DNA of 64,000 nt, taken from assembly GCA_902525575.1 (NCBI GenBank), contig CABZHU010000002.1, positions 18,326-82,325 of the forward strand, given 5' to 3'. The notes under the pieces are model-generated. The model made no database searches. It was not told the DNA's origin and saw only the letters and a list, made by a program, of their open reading frames with translations. Below, one piece after another: positions 1 to 11,455 of this stretch; the first letter of the stretch is position 1, and each line of letters starts with the position of its first letter. The position numbers and the translations under genes were made by a program. The DNA is from an uncultured Pelagibacteraceae bacterium. GTDB lineage: Bacteria; Pseudomonadota; Alphaproteobacteria; Pelagibacterales; AG-422-B15.

Positions 1-590
1 GTAGTTATGATTATAGTTTTTCCATTTTGATTTAGTTTATGAATATTCTCCCACAAGTTACTTCTAAGCTCTACATCAACGCCTGCTGTTGGTTCGTCTA
101 GGATCAATATTTCTGGATCATGGACCATTGCTTTCGCAATAAGAAGACGTCTCCTCATTCCCCCAGACAAAGTTCTGGCATATGCTTTAGCCTTGTCTTC
201 TAATGCAAGCATTTTTAGAATTTCCATGGTTTTTCTGTCTTTCTTTCTAATACCGTATAAACCTGCCTGAATTTCTAAAAGTTCGTAAGGAGTAAAAAAA
301 GGATCAATGTTTAATTCTTGAGGTACAATTCCCATAAGCTTTTTAGCATCTATTAAATTGCTTTCGTGATTAATATTTAGCACTTCAATTTTGCCAGAAC
401 TTTTTTTTGCTAAGTCCGCTAAAATATTAATGAACGTAGACTTTCCAGCTCCATTAGGTCCAAGTAAGCCGAAAATTGAACCTTTCTTTATTTCCAATGA
501 AATATTGTCTAATGCAAGTTTATTAGTATCAGAACTTGATTTATAAACCTTGCTAAGATTATTAACTTTTATTGCTAATTCACTTTTCAT
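1..590 (-). CDS. ABC transporter ATP-binding protein (YadG/ABC-2 type), 3' end runs off the window
   Basis: Manual translation from ATG at 590: MKSELAIKVNNLSKVY...GLLGPNGAGKST (Walker A), LSGGMRRR (signature), ILILDEPTAG (Walker B). Not in the ORF track. Confidence 0.9.
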   Translation of the reverse strand, partial: MKSELAIKVNNLSKVYKSSSDTNKLALDNISLEIKKGSIFGLLGPNGAGKSTFINILADLAKKSSGKIEVLNINHESNLIDAKKLMGIVPQELNIDPFFTPYELLEIQAGLYGIRKKDRKTMEILKMLALEDKAKAYARTLSGGMRRRLLIAKAMVHDPEILILDEPTAGVDVELRSNLWENIHKLNQNGKTIIIT

Positions 591-651
591 ATGTTTGATT
601 AATTAAGAGAATATATAGTTTTTCAAAGTAATTTCTTGTATCATTCAACAT

Positions 652-828
652 ATGAATTCTCCAGAAATAAAAAAAAATCAAGATGAAAATATTGAATTAG
701 TATCATCCAAAAAAGTAACTTGTTCTGGTCCTGATGGTCCACTTGGACACCCTAAAGTTTATCTAGATATGGGCGATAACGAAAGCGTGGTTTGCCCTTA
801 TTGCAGTAAAATTTTTAAATTGTTTTAA
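652..828 (+). CDS. Small zinc-finger protein (zf-CHCC family), 58 aa
   Basis: Manual translation MNSPEIKKNQ...VTCSGPDGPLGHPKVYLDMGDNESVVCPYCSKIF: C-x8-H-x14-CxxC pattern; stop abuts the polA ATG. Confidence 0.85.
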   Translation: MNSPEIKKNQDENIELVSSKKVTCSGPDGPLGHPKVYLDMGDNESVVCPYCSKIFKLF

Positions 829-3630
829 ATGAATAGCAATAAACATCTTTTTTTAGTTGATGGCTCAGGATATATTTTTAGAGCATACTACGCCTTGCCG
901 CCATTATATAGAAAGAGTGATGGTTTACCAACAGGTGCAGTAAACGGTTTCTGTAATATGCTTTATAAGCTAATAGAAGATACTAATAAAAGTGTCGGAC
1001 CAACTCACTTGGCTGTAATTTTTGACAGTGCAAGGAAAACTTTCAGGAATGATATTTATAAAGACTATAAAGCTAATAGAGGTGATCCCCCAGAAGATTT
1101 AATACCACAATTTAAAATTATAAAGGATGCAGTGACTGCTTTTGGTATTCAATCAATAGAATCGAGGGGATTCGAAGCAGACGACATAATTGCTACATAC
1201 GCTGATGCTGCTGTGAAAAAGAACTGGCAAGTTTCAATTGTATCATCTGACAAAGATTTAATGCAATTGGTTTCAGAAAAAATAAATCTTGTTGATACAA
1301 TGAAAAATAAAAATATTGGACCCAAAGAAGTCGAGGAAAAATTTGGTGTAGGGCCAGATAAAGTAATTGATGTTCAAGCTCTTGCTGGAGACAGTTCAGA
1401 TAATGTTCCAGGAGCGCCCGGCATAGGTATAAAGACAGCAGCTCAACTAATAAATGAATTTGGAAATCTTGAAAAATTATTAGAAAAGTGTGGAGACATT
1501 AAACAAGAAAAAAGAAGAGATAATATTAAAAATAACATTGAGCAAATAAGAATAAGCAAGGAGTTAGTAACTTTAAAGAAAGATGTTAAAGATGTCCCAT
1601 TACTTGCAGATCTTAAAAATAATAATTTAGCAATTGAGAAATTAGTACCATTTCTAGAAGATCTTGAATTGAAGAAATTAGCAGATCGTATTAGAAAAAA
1701 AAATCCAGAAGCAAAATTTGAAACTGTAAATATCAATGAATCAAAATTAGAAAAAAAAGAAAAAAGTAATGTTAATACTAATAAAGAAATTTCAACAAAA
1801 AATGTTAGCACTAAATATATACTCATAGATAACTTAAAAAAACTCGAGGAATTAAAATCAAATATCTATGATACAGGTCATTTTGTTTATGATGTAGAAA
1901 CTGACTCTTTAAGTATATTAGAAGCCAATCTTATTGGTATATCAATTTGTTATGGCCTTGAAACCTCTTACTATATTCCATTTCAACACACTGATGAGCT
2001 TAATCAAATAATAACAAAGCAAATTAAAATAGAAGAGTTCTTTAAAATATTTAAGCCGATAATGGAAGACTCATCAATTATCAAAATTGGACACAATATA
2101 AAATATGATAATGCCATTTTAAAAAAATATGGTATCGACGTTATTGGCTATGATGATACAATGTTAATGTCATTTATTTCAGATGCGGGAGTCAATCGTC
2201 ATGGTATGGACGATCTTGCAAAGATACATCTCAATAAAGAAACTATAAAATACAAAGAAGTTGTAGGAAGTGGAAAATCTCAGATCACATTTGATCAAGT
2301 TGATCTAAATAGTGCGTTAAAATATGCGGCCGAGGATGCTGATATTACTTATAAACTTTACTTATTTTTTAAAAAAAGAATAAACCATGAAAAAAATAAT
2401 TATATCTATTCTAATATTGAGAAGCCACTAATTGATTGCATTCAAACTATGGAATTCAATGGCATAAAAGTTGATAAAGAATATTTAAAAAAGCTATCAA
2501 CAGATTTTTCAAAGAGAATATTAAAATTAGAAAGCAAGATATACAAGGATACTGGTACAGAGTTTAATATTGCATCACCAAAGCAGCTGTCAGAGGTATT
2601 ATTTGATAAACTCAAACTTAAACCACCAAAAAAAACAAGAACAGGAGAAAAATCTACAGGAATAGATGTACTTGAAGATCTTGCCTACGGTGGTAATAAA
2701 GTTGCTGAAACTATTATTGAATGGAGACAGCTATCTAAGCTAAAGAATACTTATACAGAAGCCTTACAAGCCCATATTATTAAATCTACAGGTAGAATAC
2801 ATACCTCATATGCAATGGCATCTACAAGCACAGGTAGACTTGCGTCCTCTGACCCAAACTTACAAAATATTCCAATCAGAACAGATGAAGGTAGATCAAT
2901 TCGCAAAGCGTTTATTCCCGATAAAGACCAAACAATCTTTGCAGCAGACTACAGCCAAATAGAATTAAGAGTTTTAGCTCATATGGCTGACGTATCTCAA
3001 CTAAAAGATGCTTTCAATAACAATGAGGACATACATCAATTAACTGCGTCAGAGATTTTTAATGTCAAACACAAAGATGTCACTAAAGATTTACGCAGAA
3101 AAGCAAAAGCTGTTAATTTTGGTATAATTTATGGGATCTCTGCATTTGGACTGGCAAAACAGTTATCAATATCAAACTACGAAGCAAGTAATTTTATTAA
3201 AGAATATTTTAATAAGTTTTCTGGAATAAAAGAATATATGGAAAATACAAAAGAGCTTTGTAGAAAAAATGGTTATGTTGAAACACTATGTGGGCGAAAG
3301 TGTTTTTTTCCACGAATAAAAGATAAAAACTTTGCTTTAAGATCATTTCAAGAAAGAGCGGCTATAAATGCTCCAATTCAGGGGACTGCAGCAGATATAA
3401 TAAAGTTAGCTATGATAAAAATTAATGATAAAATAAAATCTACTAATGAATGCAAGATGCTGCTTCAAGTTCACGATGAGCTAATTTTTGAAATCAAAAA
3501 TGATAAACTTAAAAAATTTAGAAAAATAATTGTGGCTGAAATGGAAAATGCGCTAAAGCCAAAGTTTGATCTTTCGGTACCACTTTCTGTTGATAGTAAT
3601 AATGCTGATAATTGGAGCGATGCGCATTAA
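829..3630 (+). CDS. polA: DNA polymerase I
   Basis: 5'-3' exonuclease (LVDGSGYIFRAYYA), 3'-5' exonuclease motifs (YDVET, HNIKYD, YAAEDAD), polymerase motifs ADYSQIELR, KAVNFGIIYG, LQVHDEL. Confidence 0.99.
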   Translation: MNSNKHLFLVDGSGYIFRAYYALPPLYRKSDGLPTGAVNGFCNMLYKLIEDTNKSVGPTHLAVIFDSARKTFRNDIYKDYKANRGDPPEDLIPQFKIIKDAVTAFGIQSIESRGFEADDIIATYADAAVKKNWQVSIVSSDKDLMQLVSEKINLVDTMKNKNIGPKEVEEKFGVGPDKVIDVQALAGDSSDNVPGAPGIGIKTAAQLINEFGNLEKLLEKCGDIKQEKRRDNIKNNIEQIRISKELVTLKKDVKDVPLLADLKNNNLAIEKLVPFLEDLELKKLADRIRKKNPEAKFETVNINESKLEKKEKSNVNTNKEISTKNVSTKYILIDNLKKLEELKSNIYDTGHFVYDVETDSLSILEANLIGISICYGLETSYYIPFQHTDELNQIITKQIKIEEFFKIFKPIMEDSSIIKIGHNIKYDNAILKKYGIDVIGYDDTMLMSFISDAGVNRHGMDDLAKIHLNKETIKYKEVVGSGKSQITFDQVDLNSALKYAAEDADITYKLYLFFKKRINHEKNNYIYSNIEKPLIDCIQTMEFNGIKVDKEYLKKLSTDFSKRILKLESKIYKDTGTEFNIASPKQLSEVLFDKLKLKPPKKTRTGEKSTGIDVLEDLAYGGNKVAETIIEWRQLSKLKNTYTEALQAHIIKSTGRIHTSYAMASTSTGRLASSDPNLQNIPIRTDEGRSIRKAFIPDKDQTIFAADYSQIELRVLAHMADVSQLKDAFNNNEDIHQLTASEIFNVKHKDVTKDLRRKAKAVNFGIIYGISAFGLAKQLSISNYEASNFIKEYFNKFSGIKEYMENTKELCRKNGYVETLCGRKCFFPRIKDKNFALRSFQERAAINAPIQGTAADIIKLAMIKINDKIKSTNECKMLLQVHDELIFEIKNDKLKKFRKIIVAEMENALKPKFDLSVPLSVDSNNADNWSDAH

Positions 3631-4406
3631 TGACTGAAATCATTATACTTGTCACTGGCGGATTTGATCCTATTCATAGTGGACATATCGCTTACTTCAA
3701 GGATGCAAAAAAATTAGGAAATAAGCTAATAGTTGGCGTTAACTCAGATAATTGGTTGATACAAAAAAAAGGTAGTGCGTTTCTTCCCATTCAAGAAAGA
3801 ATAGAAATTGTTTCTAATTTAGGGGTAGTTGATGCTGCCATTGAATTTGAGGATGATGAGTATCAATCTGCGTCAAATGCGATACAAAAAGTTTTAGATA
3901 TGTATCCAGATAATAAAATAATTTTTGCAAATGGTGGCGATAGAAATCAAGCTAATATTCCTGAAATGGAAAAATTTGTGAATAATGAAAGAGTAAGTTT
4001 TGAGTTTGGAGTTGGAGGAGATTTTAAAAAAAACTCGTCAAGTTGGATATTAAAAAATTGGAAAGGACCAATTGAATATCGTCCGTGGGGATGGTATCGA
4101 GTTTTAGATGATAGTGATGATCACAAAGTCAAAGAGATAGAAGTCAATTCTAAGTCACGATTGAGTTATCAATCACACACTAAAAGATCTGAAGTTTGGA
4201 CTGTGATCAGCGGAGAGGCTTTGGTTACCATTGACGATAAAATTACAGAGTTAAAGATAAATGATTCAATATTTATTCCTGTTAATTCTAAGCACCGTTT
4301 AGAAAATAAGTCAGATATGAAATTAAATATTATTGAAATTCAAACGGGGACATATTTTGGTGAAGACGATATAGAAAGATATGAAGATGACTACAATCGA
4401 TCATAA
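3630..4406 (+). CDS. Fusion of cytidylyltransferase-like (HIGH) domain and mannose-6-phosphate isomerase type II cupin
   Basis: TGGFDPIHSGH, VGVNSD and FANGGDR in the N-half; RPWGWY, LSYQSHTKRSEVW and EIQTGTYFGEDDIERYEDDY in the C-half. Start placed at the ATG overlapping the polA stop (TAATG); the ORF track starts at 3612. Confidence 0.85.
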   Translation: MTEIIILVTGGFDPIHSGHIAYFKDAKKLGNKLIVGVNSDNWLIQKKGSAFLPIQERIEIVSNLGVVDAAIEFEDDEYQSASNAIQKVLDMYPDNKIIFANGGDRNQANIPEMEKFVNNERVSFEFGVGGDFKKNSSSWILKNWKGPIEYRPWGWYRVLDDSDDHKVKEIEVNSKSRLSYQSHTKRSEVWTVISGEALVTIDDKITELKINDSIFIPVNSKHRLENKSDMKLNIIEIQTGTYFGEDDIERYEDDYNRS

Positions 4407-4409
4407 TGT

Positions 4410-5678
4410 ATGAAGGCAAACTATTCCTATGTTTATTTAGCTTTCTTTTTACTTTTAAATATTTTTAATTTTGTAGATAGAAATCTACTTATAGCTTTTG
4501 CTCCTCAAATAAAGTCTGAGTTTAATCTTACAAATGTACAATGGGGACTGCTGACAGGTGTTTACTTCCTCTTTTTCTATTCAGTATTTGGTATATTAAT
4601 GGGCGTGCTTGGAGATAAATTTAGTAGGATGAAAATTGCTGCCGCAGGAGTATTTTTATGGAGTTTAATGACTGCTCTCACCGGTGTCGCTAAAAATTTT
4701 TCACACTTAATTGTTGCTAGAGCCTTAATTGGCGTTGGAGAGTCTGCATTAACCCCCAATGCGATATCAATGCTATCTGACCTTTTTAACCAAAATAAAA
4801 GAGGAACGGCATCTGCAATTTATTACTTAGGTATACCTTTAGGTGTCGGATTTGGAATGTTGATAGCAGCTTTTTTTGGACCAGTTTTTGGATGGCGCGC
4901 AGTATTTATCACATTAGGTTTGATTGGAATGGGACTTGGCATAGTAACATATTTTCTTTTGGAACCGAAGCGTGGGCAATTAGACGTATCTTTTGATGAA
5001 GATAATAAATCTGCAAGTATTCGAGAAATTATAAGTATGACAAAACATGCTCTCTATAATTCTAAATGTTTAACATTTGCGATTATTGGCAGTATTTTTC
5101 TCCATATTCCATTAGGCGCCGGTAACTTTGAGGTTTTATGGGCTGTAAATGAAAGAGGTTTTACTGCTAGTGCATATAATTTTTTATTTGGCATTTTTTT
5201 TATATTAGGCGGTACCGTCGGCGCAGTCCTTGGTGGTGTTTTGTCTGATCGTTTAAGTCATTACTTCAAAGGTGGTGTAATGACCTTTTTAGTTATATCT
5301 TATTTGCTTTTAACACCTTTAACAATAAGCTATAGATTTATAAGTCCTGATACTAACTTTTTTTATTTAACATTATTCTTCGTTTCATTTAATGTCACTT
5401 TTTTTTATGGTCCAGTTTTTGCTTCAGTGCAGGAATTAACTCCAGTAAAAGTGAGATCAACTATGGTTGCAGTATGGATACTAGGAGTAAACATTATTGG
5501 AATGGGAGTTGGTAGTTTTTTTACTGGCTATCTTGTCGATTATGTATTTAATGATTTTTCGTCTCCATATACACTTTCTTTAATTTCAATTGGACTAACA
5601 TCAATTTTAGCAATTATTTGTTACTATATTGCTAGTCTTAGTTATACAGAAGATATCGAGAGGGTAAATAAATCCTAA
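4410..5678 (+). CDS. MFS transporter (spinster-like)
   Basis: About 12 hydrophobic segments; [14 protein letters not shown] (MFS motif A), RALIGVGES. Confidence 0.9.
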   Translation: MKANYSYVYLAFFLLLNIFNFVDRNLLIAFAPQIKSEFNLTNVQWGLLTGVYFLFFYSVFGILMGVLGDKFSRMKIAAAGVFLWSLMTALTGVAKNFSHLIVARALIGVGESALTPNAISMLSDLFNQNKRGTASAIYYLGIPLGVGFGMLIAAFFGPVFGWRAVFITLGLIGMGLGIVTYFLLEPKRGQLDVSFDEDNKSASIREIISMTKHALYNSKCLTFAIIGSIFLHIPLGAGNFEVLWAVNERGFTASAYNFLFGIFFILGGTVGAVLGGVLSDRLSHYFKGGVMTFLVISYLLLTPLTISYRFISPDTNFFYLTLFFVSFNVTFFYGPVFASVQELTPVKVRSTMVAVWILGVNIIGMGVGSFFTGYLVDYVFNDFSSPYTLSLISIGLTSILAIICYYIASLSYTEDIERVNKS

Positions 5679-7279
5679 TTGGCAATAGGTCCTGAAGTTT
5701 TAATATTCTCTTCAACTTCAGATTCAAACTTAGTAAAATTACTAATAAACATTTGTACTAGTTTTTTTGCCTGCGCATCATAATCAGACTCACTTTTCCA
5801 TGTTTTCTTGGGATCTAATATTTGTTCATTAATTCCATCAACCTTAACTGGGACTGAGAAGCCAAAATTTGGATCCTTTCTCATTTCAGCATCAGCTAGT
5901 TTGCCGGAGAGCGCAGCATTCAGTAATGCTCTAGTATTTTTAATCGATATTCTTTTGCCAACTCCATAAACACCGCCAGACCAACCTGTATTTACAAGCC
6001 AACAATCAACCTTATGATCTGATATCTTTTTTTTAAGTAAATTTCCGTATTCTATTGGATTTCTTGGCATGAATGGTGCACCAAAACATGTTGAAAATGT
6101 TGCCTGAGGCTTGTTTGAAAGACCAATTTCAGTGCCTGCAACTTTTGCTGTATAACCTGACAGAAAATGATACATCGCCTGATCTGCAGAAAGTTTAGCA
6201 ATTGGAGGCAATACGCCAAATGCATCAGCAGTAAGCATAATTATATTTTTAGGGTGACCAGTTTTTCCAGATACGGTAACTCCTGGTATATAGTCTAAAG
6301 GATAGGCTCCTCTTGTATTTTCTGTTAAAGAATTGTCATCTAGATCTAAAGTTCCGTCGTTATTCATGACAGCATTTTCAATGACTGTACCTTTCATTTG
6401 AGTAGTAGCATAAATTTCTGGTTCTGCTTCTTTAGATAATCTTATCAGTTTTGCGTAGCATCCACCTTCAAAATTAAAAAGTCCGTCATCCGACCATCCA
6501 TGCTCATCATCTCCAAGGAGTGATCTCTTCGGATCTGCACTTAATGTAGTTTTACCTGTACCGGATAGACCAAAGAATATTGCAGCGTCACCATTTTCAC
6601 CAGTATTAACAGAACAATGCATTGGCATAACGTTTTTTTCAGGAAGCAAAAAATTCAAAAGAGTAAATACAGATTTTTTTGTTTCACCTGCGTACTCAGT
6701 ACCTGCTATTAAAATTATTTTTTCCGCGAGATTAACAGCTATAACAGTTTCACTATTTGTACCATGAATACTTGGATCCATTTTCAAATTTGGAAAGTTT
6801 ACAATAGTATACTCGGGATTAAAATGCTTTAGCTCATCAGCACTTGGCCTTACAAGTAAATGTCTAGCAAATAATCCGTGCCAAGCATATTCTGTTATTA
6901 TTGAAACATTTAATGAATGATTACGATCTGCTCCACCCATTAGGTTGTGTAAATATAATGACTTATCCTTTGAAAAATCTATAAATGCATTAGCAATTTT
7001 TGCATAATATTCTTCTGAGATAGGTACATTTGTTTCACCCCAATGGATTTTTTTCTCATTTACACCTTCTTTAACAAAAAATTTATCATTAGCTGACCTA
7101 CCTGTATGTTTACCTGTTTTAACAACTAAAGCTCCATGCGATGATAGTTTGCCTTCGCCTGAGGTATGTGCAACTTCATATAGTTCTTCAGAATTAAGGT
7201 TATTTTTAATTGAAGAAGCGTTTTGTATAATGCTATTTTTTACTGAATTTTGCATATTTTGAGGTTGTGATAAAAACAT
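5675..7279 (-). CDS. pckA: Phosphoenolpyruvate carboxykinase (ATP)
   Basis: [45 protein letters not shown]; divergent from chvI as is typical of alphaproteobacteria. True start may be 7255. Confidence 0.97.
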   Translation of the reverse strand: MFLSQPQNMQNSVKNSIIQNASSIKNNLNSEELYEVAHTSGEGKLSSHGALVVKTGKHTGRSANDKFFVKEGVNEKKIHWGETNVPISEEYYAKIANAFIDFSKDKSLYLHNLMGGADRNHSLNVSIITEYAWHGLFARHLLVRPSADELKHFNPEYTIVNFPNLKMDPSIHGTNSETVIAVNLAEKIILIAGTEYAGETKKSVFTLLNFLLPEKNVMPMHCSVNTGENGDAAIFFGLSGTGKTTLSADPKRSLLGDDEHGWSDDGLFNFEGGCYAKLIRLSKEAEPEIYATTQMKGTVIENAVMNNDGTLDLDDNSLTENTRGAYPLDYIPGVTVSGKTGHPKNIIMLTADAFGVLPPIAKLSADQAMYHFLSGYTAKVAGTEIGLSNKPQATFSTCFGAPFMPRNPIEYGNLLKKKISDHKVDCWLVNTGWSGGVYGVGKRISIKNTRALLNAALSGKLADAEMRKDPNFGFSVPVKVDGINEQILDPKKTWKSESDYDAQAKKLVQMFISNFTKFESEVEENIKTSGPIAN

Positions 7280-7400
7280 ATAATAACATGTATGTTAAGT
7301 GCTAATATCTAAATAAATGAAAAAAACTGTTAGTTAAATTATGTAATATTTATGCCATTTTATGGTCATATAATAATTTAAAATATGATGAAAATTTAAA

Positions 7401-8099
7401 ATGAAACACCTTATTGCCCTAGTAGATGACGATCGAAATATTTTAATTTCTCTCGAAGAACTGCTTAAAAAAGAAGAATTTGAAATACATACTTATAGTG
7501 ACGGTCAGTCAGCATTGATCGGGATGTCTAGGTATCCCCCAGAACTAGCGGTAATTGATATAAAAATGCCAAAAATGGATGGATATGAATTATTTAAAAA
7601 AATAAGAGAAAAAACCGAAATACCAGTGATCTTTCTGACATCTAAAGACCAAGAGGCCGATAGATTAAAAGGCTTAATGCATGGTGTTGATAGCTATGTT
7701 ACAAAAAGTGGAAATTTTTCTAAAGAAATCTTAATAGAAACAATTAAAAATACACTCAACAGAAAAAATATGGAGAATGAAAATTCTGAAAAAAAACAAA
7801 TTATTATACTAGGAAATCTGAGGCTTGACTGTTTGAGATACGAATGCGAGTGGAAGGAGAAATCACTTTTAGAGCCTTTAACTACTACTGAATTTAAAAT
7901 AATAAAAGAATTGGTTGAAAGACCAGGCATTGTTAAATCAAGAGATAGATTAATGGAGATTGCTTACAGGGATGAATTGGATGTTGATGATAGAACAATA
8001 GACAGTCATATAAAAAGGATTAGAAAAAAATTTAGAAAGATCGATCCTGAATTTAAATCCATTAATACTTTATATGGATCAGGATATAAGTGGAAATAA
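7401..8099 (+). CDS. chvI: OmpR-family response regulator ChvI
   Basis: IALVDDDRNIL, DIKMPKMDG, DDRTIDSHIKRIRKKF; pckA-chvI-chvG synteny. Confidence 0.9.
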   Translation: MKHLIALVDDDRNILISLEELLKKEEFEIHTYSDGQSALIGMSRYPPELAVIDIKMPKMDGYELFKKIREKTEIPVIFLTSKDQEADRLKGLMHGVDSYVTKSGNFSKEILIETIKNTLNRKNMENENSEKKQIIILGNLRLDCLRYECEWKEKSLLEPLTTTEFKIIKELVERPGIVKSRDRLMEIAYRDELDVDDRTIDSHIKRIRKKFRKIDPEFKSINTLYGSGYKWK

Positions 8100-9645
8100 T
8101 ACAGTATATAACTTGAACAGCCTATTTAGAAAATTTTTATTATATAATTTTGTTGGATTACTAATTTTAACAGTTAGTACAATACTCATAATTATTTTCC
8201 TCAACAACTATCAACTTAATAAAAGACTTAAACAAATCGATAATCAGTCGTTGATTATTTATAACTTCTTAAAAACATCAAATTCACTCAGGGACATTAA
8301 AACAGAACTAAATGCTGAGGCTATTCTCTCCAAGTTAGAAATCAAAAATCTTTCTATTATAATCATGGATGAGAACATGAATATCTTGCTAGATACAAAA
8401 GGATATGACTTAGAAAACAGTTCTTTTATAAATCAGTCTGCTACAGTAGTAGAGATCATAGACAAAAATAGTTCAATAGTTACTTTTAAATCAGATCAAA
8501 AAGAAAATTTAGCTAATAGAGATTTTTTAAATCACCCCAAATTCCTAACTAATTTCAAAAATTTAGAAAAAGGAATTCAAAAAAACTTTTCGATTGAGTT
8601 GAACAATAATAAACTTGAATTGGTCTCAATATTTCCTATTAGTTATGATGACATTTACTACTATATTGTTGCGCACGAAGATAATACCAACATTCAAAGT
8701 ATTAATAATCAAATACAACTAAATGTATTACTAGCAGGTTTAGCTATTGGAGGTTGCTTGATATTATTTTCATTTTTTTTAAACTTTATAATTCTCAAAC
8801 CTATTAGAAACTTGGCAAATGCTGCGGAAAAAGTCCAAATAGACCACAAAACAAAACCTTTAATTTCTGGATTAGACAGAAGAGATGATGAAATTGGCCA
8901 ACTTTCTAAAATCATTAATGAAATGTTGAATAGTTTATATAATAAAATTGATAATGCTGAAAATAATTCAGCTGATTTGATGCATGAAATCCGAAATCCC
9001 CTTGCTTCAATAAAAATGGCATCCGAGGTTATTACAGATGAAATGAGTGATGGTCAAAAAAAATTTCTAAATCTTATTCAGAATGATATTTCAAGAATTG
9101 AAAGCATCATTACTGATTATTCAGTGATGATTAAAAATGAGGTAAATTTGTATAAAAGTCAGCAGCAAAAATTTGAAATAAAATCTTTATTGCATCAGAT
9201 TATTGAAGACACCCAAAAAATATTACCAGATCAAATCCAAGTTAAGTTTTTATATGATCAAGATAATCAAAAGGAAATTTTTGTCGATGGCCAGAAGAAG
9301 TTTATTTCTCAAGCTATTAAAAATATTATAGACAATGCAATTTCCTTTTCTCCAAAGCCTGGAATTATAAAAGTTACTCTATCATCAACAAGTAACTACT
9401 TGAGCATAGCAATTGTGGACGAGGGACCGGGCATTAAAGAGCCTGATATGAAAAGAATTTTTGAGCGTTTTTATTCTCTAAGAGAAGAAGATAATAAATC
9501 ACATTCTGGACTTGGATTGAATATTGCCAAACAGATTGTTGATGCACATGAAGGTTCAATTTCTGTAGATAATATTATTGAGGAAAATGATATTAAGGGT
9601 GCGAAGTTCATTGTCAATTTGCCCCAGGTAAATATTAATAAATAA
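8074..9645 (+). CDS. chvG: Sensor histidine kinase ChvG
   Basis: Two TM segments, HAMP (RRDDEIGQL), HisKA (HEIRNPLAS), HATPase (DNAISFSP, DEGPGI, HSGLGL); follows chvI. Confidence 0.85.
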   Translation: MDQDISGNNTVYNLNSLFRKFLLYNFVGLLILTVSTILIIIFLNNYQLNKRLKQIDNQSLIIYNFLKTSNSLRDIKTELNAEAILSKLEIKNLSIIIMDENMNILLDTKGYDLENSSFINQSATVVEIIDKNSSIVTFKSDQKENLANRDFLNHPKFLTNFKNLEKGIQKNFSIELNNNKLELVSIFPISYDDIYYYIVAHEDNTNIQSINNQIQLNVLLAGLAIGGCLILFSFFLNFIILKPIRNLANAAEKVQIDHKTKPLISGLDRRDDEIGQLSKIINEMLNSLYNKIDNAENNSADLMHEIRNPLASIKMASEVITDEMSDGQKKFLNLIQNDISRIESIITDYSVMIKNEVNLYKSQQQKFEIKSLLHQIIEDTQKILPDQIQVKFLYDQDNQKEIFVDGQKKFISQAIKNIIDNAISFSPKPGIIKVTLSSTSNYLSIAIVDEGPGIKEPDMKRIFERFYSLREEDNKSHSGLGLNIAKQIVDAHEGSISVDNIIEENDIKGAKFIVNLPQVNINK

Positions 9646-9649
9646 TCAT

Positions 9650-9678
9650 ATTGAATATTAGTCTATTTAACCCTATAT
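9650..9678 (+). promoter_or_regulatory. Putative ahcY promoter
   Basis: ATTGAA-N16-CCTATAT, close to the alphaproteobacterial CTTGAA-N16/17-CCTATAT pattern. Confidence 0.45.
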
Positions 9679-9691
9679 TTTATACTTAATT

Positions 9692-10984
9692 ATGGCCAAT
9701 AAAGATTTTAAAGTAGCAGATATTGAACAAGCCGAATTTGGTAGGAAAGAAATATCTTTAGCTGAGACAGAGATGCCAGGTCTTATGGCACTCAGGGATG
9801 AGTATAAGGGCCAGAAACCGCTAGATGGTGCAAGGATAGTTGGCTGTCTTCACATGACTATACAAACTGCAGTCTTAATTGAAACTTTAGTAGAATTGGG
9901 AGCAGACGTTAGATGGTCATCCTGTAATATTTTTTCAACACAAGATCATGCTGCTGCTGCAATAGCTAAAGCGGGCATTCCGGTTTTTGCCTGGAAAGGA
10001 GAAACAGAAGAAGAGTATTGGTGGTGTGTTCGACAAACTATTGAGGGAAAAGAAGGATGGAAACCTAATTTAATATTAGATGATGGTGGAGATCTTACAG
10101 GACTTATGCATAAAGAATATAAAGAGTTGCTTCATGATGTAAAAGGGCTTTCCGAAGAAACTACCACTGGGGTGTTAGCGCTTAAAAAGATGGAAATTGA
10201 TGGAACTCTTATGGTACCAGCAATAAATGTCAATGACTCTGTGACTAAATCTAAATTTGATAATCTTTATGGTTGTAGAGAGAGTTTAGTGGATGGCATT
10301 AAAAGAGCAACTGATGTGATGATGTCAGGAAAGGTTGCGATCGTTGCCGGGTTTGGAGATGTTGGAAAAGGAAGCGCAGCTTCATTACGACAAAGTGGTG
10401 CAAGAGTAATGGTTACTGAAGCAGATCCAATATGTGCATTGCAAGCAGCAATGGAAGGTTATGAAGTTGTTACAATGGATGATATGATAAAAGAAGCAGA
10501 CATTGTCGTAACTGCTACAGGTAACAAAGATATTGTAACTGCCGATCATATGAGAGAAATGAAGGATAGAGCAATACTATGTAACATTGGACACTTCGAT
10601 AACGAAATTCAAGTTGAGGCGCTAAAAAACTATAAATGGGATGAAATAAAACCTCAGGTTCATGAAATTACTCTTCCTAGTGAAAAGAGAATTATTTTAC
10701 TAGCAGAGGGTAGATTGGTTAATCTTGGTTGTGCAACAGGTCATCCTAGTTTTGTTATGAGCGCATCATTTACAAACCAGGTTACTGCTCAAATTGAACT
10801 TTGGAACAATCCTGAAAAGTATGAGAAAAAAGTTTATGTACTTCCAAAACATTTAGATGAGAAGGTGGCAAGACTTCATTTGGAAAAAGTAGGCGCGAAA
10901 CTCACAAAATTATCTAAAGAACAAGCTGATTATATAAGTGTTACTCCCGAAGGGCCTTATAAGCCTGAAGCTTATAGATACTAA
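9692..10984 (+). CDS. ahcY: Adenosylhomocysteinase
   Basis: [48 protein letters not shown]. Confidence 0.99.
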   Translation: MANKDFKVADIEQAEFGRKEISLAETEMPGLMALRDEYKGQKPLDGARIVGCLHMTIQTAVLIETLVELGADVRWSSCNIFSTQDHAAAAIAKAGIPVFAWKGETEEEYWWCVRQTIEGKEGWKPNLILDDGGDLTGLMHKEYKELLHDVKGLSEETTTGVLALKKMEIDGTLMVPAINVNDSVTKSKFDNLYGCRESLVDGIKRATDVMMSGKVAIVAGFGDVGKGSAASLRQSGARVMVTEADPICALQAAMEGYEVVTMDDMIKEADIVVTATGNKDIVTADHMREMKDRAILCNIGHFDNEIQVEALKNYKWDEIKPQVHEITLPSEKRIILLAEGRLVNLGCATGHPSFVMSASFTNQVTAQIELWNNPEKYEKKVYVLPKHLDEKVARLHLEKVGAKLTKLSKEQADYISVTPEGPYKPEAYRY

Positions 10985-11011
10985 TTAACATTTTTAAGAT
11001 ATTATTTTCTC

Positions 11012-11455
11012 ATGCTTCTGAAGAATGAAGGTGATACTGAGAAACTCGCCAAAAGACTAGTTAAACTGTCAAAAAAAGAGAATACAGTTATATGTTTAAA
11101 TGGGGATTTAGGTTCAGGAAAGACTACGTTTACAAGATATTTCATAAGAAATTTTTTTAAGGGTTTAGAAATTAAAGAAATTCCAAGCCCAACATTTACT
11201 CTATTGCAAGTTTATGAGAATGATGGCCATACAATAAATCATTATGATTTTTATCGATTAAAAAATTCTAGTGAGCTATTTGAACTTAATTTTGGTGAGG
11301 CATTAACTGACGATGTCTGCTTGATTGAATGGGCAGATAAATTTGAAGAAATATTACCAATTGACCGTATCCAACTTAATTTTCAAATCAAAAGCAAGGT
11401 TTCAAGAAGTGTACAAATCTCTTTAAGAGGAAAATTTAAAAATCAAAAGTATTAG
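11012..11455 (+). CDS. tsaE: tRNA threonylcarbamoyladenosine biosynthesis ATPase
   Basis: GDLGSGKTT, SPTFTL, HYDFYRL, IEW. Confidence 0.95.
   Translation: MLLKNEGDTEKLAKRLVKLSKKENTVICLNGDLGSGKTTFTRYFIRNFFKGLEIKEIPSPTFTLLQVYENDGHTINHYDFYRLKNSSELFELNFGEALTDDVCLIEWADKFEEILPIDRIQLNFQIKSKVSRSVQISLRGKFKNQKY

Noticed and set aside
9646-9691. Possible SAH or SAM riboswitch before ahcY
   Set aside because: The spacer is only 46 nt, AT-rich and explained by a promoter; no aptamer motif is visible.
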